Below are positions 1 through 14,689 of a stretch of 64,000 nucleotides of DNA, piece after piece (position 1 is the stretch's first letter; each line of letters opens with the position of its first letter). The stretch is from Eledone cirrhosa (Eukaryota), in contig OZ024740.1 in assembly GCA_964016885.1 (NCBI GenBank), forward strand, positions 229,710,001 to 229,774,000, read 5' to 3'. The notes under the pieces are model-generated. The model did not search any database and was not told the DNA's origin. It saw only the letters and a program-made list of their open reading frames with translations. Position numbers and translations under genes: made by a program.

Positions 1-3000
1 GGTGGCAGCGTATACCCCATCTGGGACACCGCGACCGCACTTCTTCCAACGCCTAGAGACTTTTCTGGGAACGTTTCGCTCCTTGCTTTTAGTGGGGTCT
101 GGAATGGTATCCTGGATGCACGTTGGGACTATGTAGGGGCATGTCCCGATAGAGGGAGGTGTAACAGCCTCAAACGGTTAATCGGCCGATTTGATCTGGC
201 CGATAGATATTGACTAGATTTTCCGACTGTGCTACTGTGGACGTGGTCTAATCGCAGCGGAACATCTAGGTCGTACCTAGATAGGTTCCTAGTTAGAAAT
301 AAGGATAGGGACATATTAAGCTGTCCACGAATGTTCATGGTTGACTATTCGGATCACAAGCTGGTGACCGGAGTGGTCAACTTTGATAGAACCCATAGAC
401 AAGGACCCGGTTACTGGAAGCTAAACTTGTCCTTACCGACAAACAAAGCTTACAGTAAGCGGATTAGCACTCCAGTTAAGCAGCGGTTGACGGGGGCAAT
501 TGTCAACAGCAGGTGGTGGGGCTCTCTCAAGAGAGAAATTAGAATAGAATCGATAGGTTTTACTCAGGAATTAGAATTAGATAGGAATAGAACTGAAAGG
601 GAATTGATAGATAGAGTAGAAGAGGCGATTAGGAGTGGCAACGTGGCCGGCGGGCTGGCGTCAAGAACGGCCCTAGACCAGTTCTTTGACGCGAAGCACG
701 GGGGCTGCGTTGTCAGGAGTAAAATACGTGCTCTGGGTAACGAGGGAGCCAAAGCTGTTAGCTGGGCCCGAGTGACAGAGGAAAAAAGGGGAAACAAGTC
801 CACGATTCGGTCTTTGAAGGACCAGGATGGAGGCGTGATCCTTGAACCTAAGCGGATGTGCGCGGCCTTTCAACGGCGCTTTGCACGATTGTTCGGGAGG
901 GGCGGCGGGCCGGGTGAGGCCATGGATTTCGGTCCATACCACGACGGTCTGCCGCGGCTCTCGGACGGGGAGGCGAAGTTCTGCGAAAGGCCGATTTCAG
1001 CCGCTGAGATAGGGGAAGCGCTGAGCCAATGCGGCAAACGCCAATCTCCCGGTCTCGATGGTCTACCATACGAACTTTATGTAGCGATGCCGGACTTGTT
1101 CTCCAATCTCCTCGAGGCGGTCTACTGCAAGTGGCAACAGAACGGGAGAATTCCCAGTTCTGTGACCAAGGGCGTAGTCACGCTGGTGAGGAAGGACGAG
1201 AACACGGGGAGTGACATAGATAACTTCAGGCCCATAACTCTGCTAAACACAGAGTTAAAGATTTTGGCCAAGGTGTTAGCGAAGAGGTTGGCGCTTGTCG
1301 TTGGGAACCTGGTGGGAGAAGCGTAGACATGCGCAATCCCGTCCAGGTCCATACACGACAACCTCCACCTCATGCGATACATCGTAGAGAGGGTAGAGAA
1401 CGAACCGGCTTTGGTGGGGCCCTGATCAACTTGGATCAATCTAAGGCGTTCGTTAGGGTCGACCATCGGTACCTGGATGCGGTGCTCGCAGCAGCAGGCT
1501 TCGGACCCATTTTCAGGGGCTGGATTGCTGTAATGCACAGCAGCAACACCTGCTCGAGGGTCAAGGTGAACGGCTACCTCTCGGAGCCGTCCAAATCGCA
1601 CGATCCATCCGACAGGGATGCCCTCTCTCCTCCCTTCTGTATGTGCTGGCTCTCGAGCCACTACTGCAGAAGTTGGAGCTCTTGCAGGGAATCGCCTTGG
1701 AACTGGGATTGCGGAATGTGATGTCGGCCTATGCAGATGACGTGACAGTAATGGTGTCGTGCGCCTCGGAATTCGGGCAGATCGGCACCTTACTGGAGGA
1801 ATACGAAAGGTTTACAGGAGCCAAGCTGAACTGGGACAAGTCCGTCGGTTTGCAACTCGGAACGTGGAGAGGCAGACCGATGCCCTCCGACGGCGTCGTC
1901 GGACGCTGGACCGAGGGACCGGTGAAGCTGCTCGGGGTCTGGTTCGGACCGGACCTCCAGGTGGTGAAAAACTTGGACGAGGCAACGGGCAGGGTGTTTG
2001 CACTCGCCCAGAAGTGGGCCGAGTGCAAACTGTCCCTGAAAGGTCGAGCGGAGGTGGCGAACACTTATATAGCGTCCGTCATCTACTACCGCTTGACCAT
2101 CGTGCCTTGCCCAGCGAAAACACTCGCCAATATGGAACGCGCCCTCTTCCGATTCATTTGGAAGAAGCGGGCCCCTTTGGTGAGAAGATCCATCTGCTGT
2201 CAACACCCTTCGAACGGAGGGCTGGGTATGCCGTGGCTGACGATGCGTAGACACGCATTAAGGCTACGGCACCGCCAGGTATTCCTCACCGGTCAACCGG
2301 TGTGGGCCCCTTTTGTGAGGCGAGCCTTTCCGAGACTCGTCTCACTCACTGAGCTGCAATCCTGGGTCAAGCAAAGACAGAGAAAAATGGGCGACTGGTA
2401 CATTGAATGTGTCCAAGCGCTCACAGCCCTCTGGCAAGCGGATCCGGCAATCTGTGGAGACTCAACCTCAACATTCTATAGAGGGTTGGTGCGCAGCAAG
2501 TGCGACGACGCTCTCGGAGAGGCTCTGGGCATGGAGGAAGACGAGCTAGCCAGTCTGTTCGGTAGAACGTTTGGCCCGGGACCGATGGACAATTTCAAAA
2601 ATTCCCTGGCTTGGCAGTGCTACCGAGGAGCTCTACCCGTTCGGGACAAGCTCTACAGATACGGGCGCCGGGTAGGGACCCCTCGAAGAAGATCTGTCCA
2701 AGATGCGTGCGTGACGAGGAAACCGTCGTGCACGCATTCATACACTGCCCGGGCGTTGCTGACCTATGGGGCTATGTGGAACGACTACTGTCGCGGGTGG
2801 GACCAATCCGGTTGACCACCGAGTACATTGTCACGATCAAATCGCCTTCCCCCTTCAAAAACGAAGGAGAGGCGGTTTTCCTCTGTGTGATAGCTATAGC
2901 GAAAGAGGTTGTATGGTGGACGAGGTTGAAAGGGCTGAGGTCAGACACTTTTCTCTCCGGCCAACAACTGGTCCTTTTTTTCAAGTACCATTTTAGAAGA

Positions 3001-3350
3001 AGGATCAGAATGGAGAGAGAGGTGCTGTACCCCAGAAAGTTTTATGAAAGGTGGGTGAAAGTGGCGAGAATGGCCCGAGTGAATGGGCCTTCTCTCTATA
3101 TCAGTCTGTATGTGAGAGAGGAGAAGAAAGAGGAGAGGAAGGGAGCACCGGCTCTTTGTGCTCCTGAGGAGGAGGGTTGCACATTTTTTTCGGGGGTATA
3201 TGCGACCCACGTCAACGCCCCCCTCCCTATTGAGGACTTCGATTGTTGAATTTTACTTGTTATATGTTTTTACACGTCCTTTGAAATGTATGTAACCCCC
3301 CCCCCCCTTGTATTTGTCCCAATCTTTGATGCCCTGGTGGCAAATAAATA
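1..3350 (+). mobile_element. Tx1/L1-clade non-LTR retrotransposon, decayed ORF2 (APE C-terminus, RT, C-terminal Cys/His finger); 5' part lies outside the window
   Basis: ORFs 229-1326, 1329-1721, 1643-2815 and 2611-3249 join into one ORF2. Motifs: APE WTW..SYLDRFLV..SDH, GYWKLN, SPGLDGLPYELY, NFRPITLLNTELKILAK, LDQSKAF, YADDV, GGLG, CPRC..ETVVHAFIHC. Premature TAG at 1324-1326 and several frameshifts. AATAAA near 3343. Confidence 0.92.
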
Positions 3351-4170
3351 GAAAGTTATCTATCTACCCATTTATCCATACTTACCTCTTTCTCCCCCAC
3401 CCTCTCTCTCTTTATCTCTTATATTTTCAATACATCTTTAGTTTCACTTGTTTGTCATCTCCTCAGTGTAATTCAAAAGAACTCCAACCAATATTTCCAG
3501 CATAAAGTACGAGGTAAATGAGAAATAAATGAACTTGGTTGGTTTCGTTGGAGAGTATTCCTATTGTTCAGTGAACAGAACAGATTATTCCTTAAATTAA
3601 TCTGTAGATGTCTTAGCATTCCTCAGTGGCATGTGACGTATAACCATAATATAATTGTCAGGAAGATTCAACGTAACATGAAAAAATAAAAGATTAAAAA
3701 TTCAAGACGAGAAGATCGGGTTTGGAATGCCTTTGTTTATAGGTCTGTTCAACCAGGTCCTGCCTAGGGCTAAATGACAGCAGAATGACAATCACTTGTG
3801 AGTGTTTTTAGATGTTTACAGTTCAGTACATAGAGAGACAGAGCGTTATGTGGTCAGATTTAAAACTCCTCCGTATTTGTTTCGGCTCACTGCGTACTGA
3901 ATTCAAATCTTGCCGAGGTCAACTTTGTCTTTTATCCTTTTAAGATCGATAAATAAAGTACCAGCTATCAAATTTCCCTCTCAAAGCTTGAGTCTAACTC
4001 AGGCTATGGTAAAATAGTTGGTCAGGATTGGAGCACTTGTGATAGACCATCAAGGTTGACCTACGTTAAACAACAATAACAAAAACTATAGCACTCACTG
4101 CCTATTCTCGCTGAAACCATCTCTTCAAGGCCACATTGAGTTCTAACAACGTTATCGACCCCACCAGGTA

Positions 4171-4217
<47 letters not shown>

Positions 4218-4219
<2 letters not shown>

Positions 4220-4670
4220 AGGGCGGGTAAAATTCCCGAGATCCAAGGACGAGTTCTCTTCAGCGGTCTCTGTCCCTCATTATCGCTGCCATGTCCTGCC
4301 CTCCAACAGACCAGTGTCTGTCCTTAGGGCATTAACATACGATAACCTTGGTCTTCCTTTTCCAGTGTGTCCATGTAGGAGCTCCACAGGAGCACTGAGT
4401 GCAATATCAACTCTAGATGTCGGTGAGCATGTCCAGCCAACCTCAGTCTCCTCTGTGTCACTTTTGAGCTGACTTTTGGGACACTCTCATACAGCTCTGA
4501 GTTTTTAATCCTCAGTGTATACTGATTAATGATCAGAGCCATCCTCAGCATTCTCGTGTAGCACCCATCCAATACCTGAGTGAGTTTCTTGGTCAGTGTC
4601 CAAGTCTCAGACCTGTACAGCAGCACAGACTCCACTACAGCAATGAAGAGGCGGATTTTCAGGTCTTTAC

Positions 4671-4672
<2 letters not shown>
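4218..4672 (-). mobile_element. RTE LINE 3' fragment (same family as 40113-43422)
   Basis: Highly similar to 40113-40570; encodes RKDLKIRLFIAVVESVLLY..CYTRMLR..RLAGH; 3' end abuts (TA)n. Confidence 0.93.
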
Positions 4673-5083
<411 letters not shown>

Positions 5084-5414
5084 GAACGGTTCGGATCTAG
5101 TCGTCAAAACGGCTGGAGCAAAAGTAACGAAAATTGCTGGTATAAATACATCCCTCTGCCAGCGTCTAGCTCACTCAATCAATCTAGCAAATTGCAGTTA
5201 TGCAGCTGCAATCAACTGTTCAGAGTGCACACCTTTAGTTTACTGTAGACAGTTGGCTGTGATTTTAGTTAGAGATAGATATAAATATCTCCTTCCTCGG
5301 CGATCGTTTCTGTGTAATATAACTGCAGAAATGCTGATTTTACTGCAATATGCATAAAATCACGCATAATCAGCAGATATTTACGTAATCGGGCTATTAC
5401 AGGTCTTCAGCATA

Positions 5415-5463
<49 letters not shown>

Positions 5464-5627
5464 GTATATTTATACGGTAAATATTGATGTAATTCAATTC
5501 AAGAACTTAACGTAAATTTATCGCAGAATCATGTGGCCACTGTCGTCATTGAAATATGTATCACGCGGCCTTATCAATAAAGGACTTTAACATCTAAACT
5601 AGTTTGCATTTCCTTATTCTATATGCA

Positions 5628-5715
<88 letters not shown>

Positions 5716-5766
5716 GTATACATATATGTATGTATATATACATATATACAAATATATATATATATA

Positions 5767-5867
5767 TTTGTTTTGTGAGGTTTTTGATTTGAAATCATGT
5801 GTCGAAATAAATATTGTTATACTGGCAATATTATTACAACAATATGACCCTCCCCAAGTATAACAGT
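5767..5867. repeat. Short (TA)n-embedded dispersed repeat; inverted copy at 7952-8050, relatives at 6505-6790, 10444-10802 and 12560-12610
   Basis: Shared core ATGACCCTCCC(C/A)AAGTATAA(C/T)A. Every copy is flanked by (TA)n. Confidence 0.7.
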
Positions 5868-5868
5868 A

Positions 5869-5912
<44 letters not shown>

Positions 5913-5917
5913 TACTG

Positions 5918-6200
<283 letters not shown>

Positions 6201-6316
6201 TAAACGGAATAGAAAATGCTGACAAATTGTTCACAGTTGAAAAATGGTTTAATTAGGAATAAAAGAGTATTAGTGATTGTATGGGTTAGTATTCAGTTGT
6301 GGTTTTAAGTTTTTAA

Positions 6317-6503
<187 letters not shown>

Positions 6504-6504
6504 G

Positions 6505-6790
6505 TATTGTTATACTTTGGGAGGGTCATGTTGCCAATAAGAAACACACGCACGAAAGAACTTTGACAATATATGAATAATCATCTGGTTGTGGAACCAA
6601 CCAACCAACCGGAAATTTTTTAAATTCCTAAATTTATGAATTTAATTATTTAATTTATAATAAATTGAAGTGAAAGGAACTGGTGCGTGTGTTTCTTATT
6701 GGCAACATGACCCTCCCAAAGTATAATAATATCGGTTTCAACACACGTTTTCAGATAAAGAATCTTGCTAAAGAAATTCAGAAACGAAAT
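6505..6790. repeat. Fold-back element with inverted arms 6505-6553 and 6682-6730; homolog at 10444-10802
   Basis: ATTGTTATACTTTGGGAGGGTCATGTTGCCAATAAGAAACACACGCAC versus GTGCGTGTGTTTCTTATTGGCAACATGACCCTCCCAAAGTATAATAAT. Confidence 0.8.
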
Positions 6791-6815
6791 ATATATATGT
6801 ATATATATATATATA

Positions 6816-6864
<49 letters not shown>

Positions 6865-6891
6865 TGCAAACTTGACTGTCACCACATATTA

Positions 6892-6930
6892 TGAACCTGA
6901 AGATTGCGAAAGCATGAGAGTACTTGTTCA
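6892..6930 (+). ncRNA. Minimal type I hammerhead ribozyme motif (variant core GAGA)
   Basis: TGAAC-CTGAAGA-TTGC GAAA GCA T-GAG-AGTACT-T-GTTCA: stem I TGAAC/GTTCA, palindromic stem III AGTACT, one core substitution. Confidence 0.6.
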
Positions 6931-7077
6931 ATTAACACTTAACATTTAATATTCTACCATACTATTTCATTATAATACCATTATAAATTTTAAAGGATTG
7001 TAAATAAAACGAGTAAATCAGACAAAGTTGGAATTCCTCTTATTAATATAGTCTTCTATACACAATCATACACACCC

Positions 7078-7952
<875 letters not shown>

Positions 7953-8058
7953 GTGTTATACTTGGGGAGGGTCATATTGTTGTAATAATATTGCCAGTAT
8001 AACAATATTTGTTTCGACATGATTTCATATAAAAAATCTCGCAAAACAAATATATATA

Positions 8059-8128
<70 letters not shown>

Positions 8129-8131
<3 letters not shown>

Positions 8132-8533
8132 CCTGTGGGATGAAATATAAGACCCAGCAAAAGATGGAGTAACTCAGCAGAGTCAACGGCCATCGAAATA
8201 GTTCTTTTTTTTTTTTTTACCTGTGAGTGAAAGGCCCCCAATTGTTGCTACAACACCTTTCTAGGAGAGGGAAACTCTGAAAAAAAAATTTGCGGCTTCG
8301 GAAGCATCCGATGATGTTGACCAGTTCTCCTTTTCAGGTAGTGTTTTCGATGCTCAGAAAGTGGGATTGGTCGAGTGCAAGGCCTTTCCCCACTTAAAAA
8401 ACCTTCAAAGCTCAGGCATTGTTTGTTTAGGGTCTGTTACAGGTTTGTGTGACTGGCCGTAGCCTAAAAGTGCACCAAACTCTATAACCTGACAAGCGAT
8501 TGCAGTACTCTTAACTGAGCTTGCAGCCATCAC
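8129..8533 (+). mobile_element. Non-autonomous bipartite RTE-derived element, family B, (TA)n-flanked
   Basis: RTE-like 5'UTR blocks GAGTCAACGGCCATC and CTAGGAGAGGGAAACTCTGA. Patchy similarity to the reverse complement of 29076-29680. 3' stem-loop TGCAGTACTC-TTAACT-GAGCTTGCA. Confidence 0.6.
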
Positions 8534-8553
8534 ATATATATATATCTATCTAT

Positions 8554-8856
<303 letters not shown>

Positions 8857-9454
8857 CATACATACACATACATAAAATACATATACCACCACCACTAGCC
8901 TGATAGTTACCGGATGACTTATAACTTAACAGCACCACAAGTATTGGTTGTTTCCTACCCTTCAAATATTTTCTGAGGGGTATTATATTTAGATGTACTT
9001 TAACTTTAGCACTTTTAGATGAGTTTAAAATAGGTAACTGCAGATATATAGGTACACAGACGAACATGTGAACTACGCATATGCATCCGAACAGACGAAA
9101 CAATTTGTAATCAGAGGAGACATGTGAACCTAATTATTCTAAGTTTCTATGTTGTTATAAGTAACGTTATCAGGGCGCTTGGTTAGGAAAATTGTTAAAC
9201 TGTTGCACAAATTGCTCTCCCTTTGTCTTGCTTGCTTTTCCTCGCTTGGACACCAGCAAAGAATGTCTCGGTTTTAAAACTGGATTTAAAGAATGGGGAT
9301 ACTTTGAAAAAACTATATTTAGAGAAACATACAGGGATACAGAATGATACAAATGCAGACACTCCTAATTTTCAAGGTTCATTTATTCTAAGCAAACAAT
9401 ATATACGCATATATGTATATATATATAAATATATATGTGTGTATATATGTGTAT

Positions 9455-9774
9455 ATGTTGACTTGTTCTTCTTTTTGGTAAATATCATCTTGGTTAAGAG
9501 AGTGGGACTGGCTTTGTGCAGTGCCTTTGCTCACTATAAAAGCTTCACGGCACAGGCATTGCTTTATATCTGGGGATCTCTCTGCACTTGTCGTCACATG
9601 GTACCATGGGCCCAGCACTATGTGTCAGTAATTGTCTCAAGTGTAGTGTTTGTACCAGAGTTTTCAAGTCGCTGGCTGGACTAAAATGTCACACTCGTTC
9701 AGCGCATCGGTAGGAGTTCTCCTACATGGATATAAAGTAGTGGCCGTACTCGAAAACGAGTTGGCAACCACCAT
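9455..9774 (+). mobile_element. Non-autonomous RTE-derived element, family A, 5'-truncated copy
   Basis: Near-identical to the reverse complement of 28673-28993 and 29076-29395. Ends ..GAGTTGGCAACCACC followed by ATGT repeats. Confidence 0.85.
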
Positions 9775-9801
9775 GTATGTATATATATATGTTTATTTGC
9801 A

Positions 9802-9889
<88 letters not shown>

Positions 9890-10014
9890 GGACAAGGTGC
9901 TGTGTGGTTACTAATAAACGAGTGTTTAAGAAGGAAAACATAAACAAAAGACAGATCCCCTCTTCAGTTGTTTGTTGTAGCATTCATTCTGTATCATTAT
10001 GTATTTTTCTCTAA

Positions 10015-10199
10015 GGGCAGTGGATTGGCAGTATCGGTAGAGGGTCGGACGCCATGCTTTCCAGCATATTTACGTCCCTTTACGATCTGAGTTCAAATCC
10101 CGCCGAGGTTGACTTTGCATTTCATCCTTACGGGGTCGATTAAATAAAGTACCAGTAATGAACTAGATAATTGCTGGCCTTGTGCCTAAAGTAGAAACA
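10015..10199 (+). mobile_element. tRNA-derived SINE with a 19-bp target-site duplication
   Basis: Box A TGGCAGTATCGGT, box B GAGTTCAAATCC, central CTTTGCATTTCATCCTTACGGGGTCGAT (Deu/Nin-domain-like). TSD ATTATGTATTTTTCTCTAA at 9996-10014 and 10200-10218. Confidence 0.9.
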
Positions 10200-10344
10200 A
10201 TTATGTATTTTTCTCTAAATATAGTTTTTTCAAAGAAACCCCATTCTTTAAATCCATCATTCAATGACCTCCATCCATCCAAATCACCACCTTTCTCTAC
10301 CAACAGAAAATGTATAAATACCACCATATCTCATTGACAGTCGG

Positions 10345-10394
10345 CTTTCCTGGTGATTTCCTTCGAAAGAAACGGTTCTAGTCCTGTAGAAGCC

Positions 10395-10398
<4 letters not shown>
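10345..10398 (+). ncRNA. Degenerate hammerhead-type PLE terminus (family of 38380-38470; inverted remnant at 11305-11330)
   Basis: CTGGTGA-TTTC CTTC GAAA-GAAACGGTTC-TAGTCCTGTAGAAGC; one core substitution relative to the 38423 copy. Confidence 0.5.
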
Positions 10399-10446
<48 letters not shown>

Positions 10447-10796
10447 CGTTTCTGAATTTGTTTAGCAAGATTCTTTATCTGAAATCGTGTGTTGAAACCG
10501 ATATTGTTATACTTTGGGAGACTGAGCACACAACACACACACAGAAACAAAATGGCGTAGGACAGAACAAAGGAGAGGCACAGAAACAAAGAAAGGAATC
10601 CCCAGTCACTGAAGAGGTCACAGAGTGTGTGACGAAAGAACTATGACAATATATAAACAACTATCTGGTTGTGGAACCAACCAACCAACCAGAAATTTAT
10701 AAATTTATAAATTTATTATAAATTTATTATAATAAATTGAAGTGAAAGCAACTGGTGCGTGTGTTTCTTATTGGCAACATGACCCTCCCAAAGTAT

Positions 10797-10849
<53 letters not shown>

Positions 10850-10850
<1 letters not shown>

Positions 10851-11272
10851 CGAAGGAAGTGTGGTAAGGAATCAGGTGGACCATAACACACCAGAGTACT
10901 CAATACGTAGGGTAGTAGACACAACCGATTCCTACAAAAACTCCGTAGCAAAATAACGGAGTATGAAAGCACCAACGACATCCTGGTGCATTCGGACAAA
11001 ACTGGAAACCTCTATTTCGTCAACCCTGACATCTACCACCCACTTATCAAGAGCAACCTGAACTCCACCTACAAAAGGGCTAACCATTCTATAATCCATG
11101 ACATAAATCTAGATGGACAACAAATTACTTCCAGCCTCGGGCTTGCCGACCGTACGGAACCTCTCGACCCACGGACTCACTACTTCACCCTGAAGGACCA
11201 TAAATCCGACTTCGACCACAAACCATCCATCAGGCTTATAAACCCGACGAAGTCGGACATAGGGAGAATCAG

Positions 11273-11275
<3 letters not shown>
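10850..11275 (+). mobile_element. Penelope-like element (Naiad-type) RT N-terminal fragment
   Basis: ORF 10986-11306: SDKTGNLY..TYKR..FTLKDHKSDF..PSIRLINPTKSDIGRIS, the DK and LKDHK/RLINP motifs of PLE reverse transcriptases. Flanked by (TA)n on both sides. Confidence 0.85.
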
Positions 11276-11308
<33 letters not shown>

Positions 11309-11450
11309 GGCTTCTACAGGACTTGAACTGTATATATATTGCGATGGACAGGGGGGGGGGGGAGTCTTGTACTCTCAGTCGCTTCACGCCATGAAACCGG
11401 GACAAGCACCGGCCAAATGAGCCTTCTGGCTTAAGACAGACTTTAGACTT

Positions 11451-11507
<57 letters not shown>

Positions 11508-11508
11508 T

Positions 11509-12100
11509 AAAAACAAATAACGAAACGAAATTAAATTTCGTTTCGTTTGTAACTCACTTTTGTATGACTGACGCTTAAACAATTAAGTTAAAAATGTACA
11601 TCCACATATGTATACTGAAATACTAGTATGCATATGAATACACACACGTATACATATGTAGATGTACCGAGTTTTTCACTGGTCACTTTACTGTGAGTGT
11701 CCAGCTATTCTGTATGTAAACACACAGACAAACCGGTTTTTAGAGTCATACTGGTTTTTGAGGAAACACCTTTCCTCTATTCTCCAGAAAGCCAGACAAG
11801 GAATATTGAACTAGTTTCGATGTTGTTACATCTCATCAGCAATATTTACCTATCTTCCGGCCTCTCTAGAGAATCGTAAAAGCACATATCGTTATATGCT
11901 TTTTCTATGAAAATTAGTAGTGGGCAGACTAATTTGCATAGAGCGTGAGTACGTACCGGTTCAACGGAGACGATAAAAACAAATAACGAAACGAAATTAA
12001 ATTTCGTTTCGTTTGTAACTCACTTTTGTATGACTGACGCTTAAACAATTAAGTTAAAAATGTACATCCACATATGTATACTGAAATACTAGTATGCATA
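11509..12100 (-). mobile_element. Retrozyme-like / PLE pLTR unit: 466-nt period, about 125-bp terminal direct repeat, internal hammerhead
   Basis: 11509-11633 is repeated at 11975-12100 (offset 466). Non-coding and (TA)n-flanked. Confidence 0.72.
11802..11846 (-). ncRNA. Type I hammerhead ribozyme, intact core
   Basis: Minus strand: AATATTG-CTGATGA-GATG TAACAA CATC-GAA-ACTAGT-T-CAATATT. 7-bp stem I, 4-bp stem II, palindromic stem III, GUU cleavage triplet. Confidence 0.85.
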
Positions 12101-12107
12101 TTTTAAC

Positions 12108-12158
<51 letters not shown>

Positions 12159-12607
12159 TAGAAGCTTTCGCTGTATTTTTGACAAAATAAATTTTAACCT
12201 GATAGTGGAGTTCAGAACCCTCTGAGATATGGAAAAAGATGAGTATTGACTCCATTTCTTAGAGGGTAGTAAACCCCAGTATCAGGCTAAAATTACACTT
12301 ATATATGTTACATGTGGAGCTGTCTGTACAGTGGAGAATGTTTTTAATAGTTGTCTAGGTCTTAATAACATATTGTTAATATTTAGGTATAAATCAGGTT
12401 GTAGAGAGAATTATTATATTGGTGTATATGTGTGAATGTGTAAACTTACACTGCAATCACGTGTGTGTGTGTGTGTGTCCATGCGTACGAGCTTATTATG
12501 TAGGAATAAGCGATTCTATGTATATATACACATATATATACACATATATATATATATATATACACACGTTTTCAGATAAAGAATCTTGCTAAACAAATTC
12601 AGAAACG

Positions 12608-12678
<71 letters not shown>

Positions 12679-12682
12679 CGTG

Positions 12683-12753
<71 letters not shown>

Positions 12754-12800
12754 AAAGGTAAGTATATAATATATAATTTATACTTATGCATGTGAGTGAG

Positions 12801-12851
<51 letters not shown>

Positions 12852-13299
12852 GTGTGTGTAAAGGTAAGTATATAATATATAATTTATACTTATGCATGTG
12901 AGTGAGAGTGTGAGTGCGTGTGTGTGTGTGATTGTGTTTGTGTGAGAGAGAGTATATTTCACTATATCATAATATACAAATATATTTATGTGTGTGCGTG
13001 TGTATGTAAGAGAGTGTGTGTGAGTGAGTGTGTATACGCAGGAGTATATGTGTGTGGTGTGTATATGTAGTTGTGTGTGGTGAGTATATGTAGTTATGTG
13101 TGTGTGTGTGCACGTGAGAGAGAGAGTGTGTGTGTATGTGAAAGAGTATATCTCGCTATAATAGTGTATTTAGCAAGGTAAGTACGTATGTAATTATGTA
13201 TGTATATATATATTTGTATATATGCGCGCATGTGTGTGGCGTCTGCTTTACGTGGAAGCAGGTGAATATGGAGAAACGTTGCCAGAAAAAGAATTTAGG

Positions 13300-14620
13300 T
13301 TGGATGGTGGTGGTGGTGGTGGTGGTGGTGGCGGGTGGTGGTGGTGGTGGTGGTGGTGTTGGTGGTGGTGGTGGTGGTGGTGGTGGTGGTGTTGGTGGTG
13401 GTGGTGGTGGTGGTGGTGGTGGTGGTGGTGGTGACGGTGGTGGTGCTGCTGGTAGTGACGTGGTGGTGGTGGTGGTGATGGTGGTGGTGGTGGTGGTGAT
13501 GGTGGTGGTGGTAGTGACGGTGGTGGTGGTGGTGGTGGTGGTGACGGTGGTGGTGGTGGTGGTGATGGTGGTGACGTGGTAGTGACGGTGGTGGTGGTGA
13601 TGTTCGTGACGTGGTGGTGGTGGTGGTGGTGGTGGTGGTGGTGGTGGTGGTGGTGGTGGTGGTGGTGACGGTGGTGGTGCTGCTGGTAGTGACGTGGTGG
13701 TGGTGGTGGTGATGGTGGTGGTGATGGTGGTGGTGGTAGTGACGGTGGTGGTGGTGGTGGTGGTGGTGGTAGTGGTGGTGATGGTGGTGGTGGTGGTGGT
13801 GATGGTGGTGGTGGTAGTGACGGTGGTGGTGGTGGTGGTGGTGGTGGCATTGCTGTCCGTGTTGGCGGAGGTGATAGTGGTGGTGGTGGTGGCATTGCGG
13901 TGGTTGTGGTGGTGGTGGTGGTGGTGGTAGCACTATTAGGGGTGCTGTGAGGATTTTGTGGTGGTGGCATTGCTGATGGTGATGATGTTTATGTTGTTGG
14001 TAATGATGGTGGCGGCGGCGGTGGAGGTGGTGGTGGGTTGGTATTGTTGGTGGTGGTTTTTGCCGTTGTTTGTGGTCGTGCTGGTGATAATATTGCGTTT
14101 GTGTGTGTCTCTGCGTTTGTGTGTGTGTCTGTGTCTGCGTTTGTGTTTGTGTCTGTGTCTGTGCGTTTGTGTGTGTGTGTGATTCTGTGTCTGTGCGTTT
14201 GTGTGTGTGTGTCTGTGTCTCTGCGTTTGTGTGTGTGTGTGTGTTTGCGCATCTTTGGAGTCTGTATATATGTGTGTGTTTTTGTATATATATGTATTGT
14301 GTCTGTTTGTGTTTCTGTGTGTGTATGTGTGTGATGTGTCTGTATGTGCGTTTGTGTGTATGTGTGTGTGTCGGTGTGTCTGTGTGTGTGTCTGTGGGTG
14401 TGGGTGTGTGGGTGTGTGTGTCTGTGTGTGTGTGTATGTGTCTGTGTGTCAGTGTCTGTGCGTTTGTGTGTTTGTGCATCTGTGGTGTCTATATATATAT
14501 ATATATATGTATATATGTGTGTGTGTGTGTGTGTTTTAGTGTGTGTATCTATATGTATATATGTGTGTGTTTGTGTGTCTGTGTGTGTATATCAGTGTAT
14601 GTGTGTGTGATGTGTCTGTG
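13300..14620. repeat. (GGT)n array followed by a degenerate (GT)n array
   Basis: Direct reading. Internal duplication of GCTGCTGGTAGTGACG at about 13445 and 13679. Confidence 0.95.
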
Positions 14621-14689
14621 TATAGACCCCCCCCCCCCCTCCTTTATCTCAAGCAAGTGTCATAACCTCGACACATTCATTGTGAATGC

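Noticed and set aside
3345-3380. Tx1 target specificity for (TATC)n
   Set aside because: Only one copy, a short degenerate flank, and the 5' junction is outside the window.
10015-10100. tRNA gene
   Set aside because: Box A/B are present but there is no cloverleaf; multi-copy with body, tail and TSD, so it is a SINE.
10478-10512. CTGAAATCGTGTGTTGAAAC as a hammerhead
   Set aside because: Lacks CUGANGA and a stem II.
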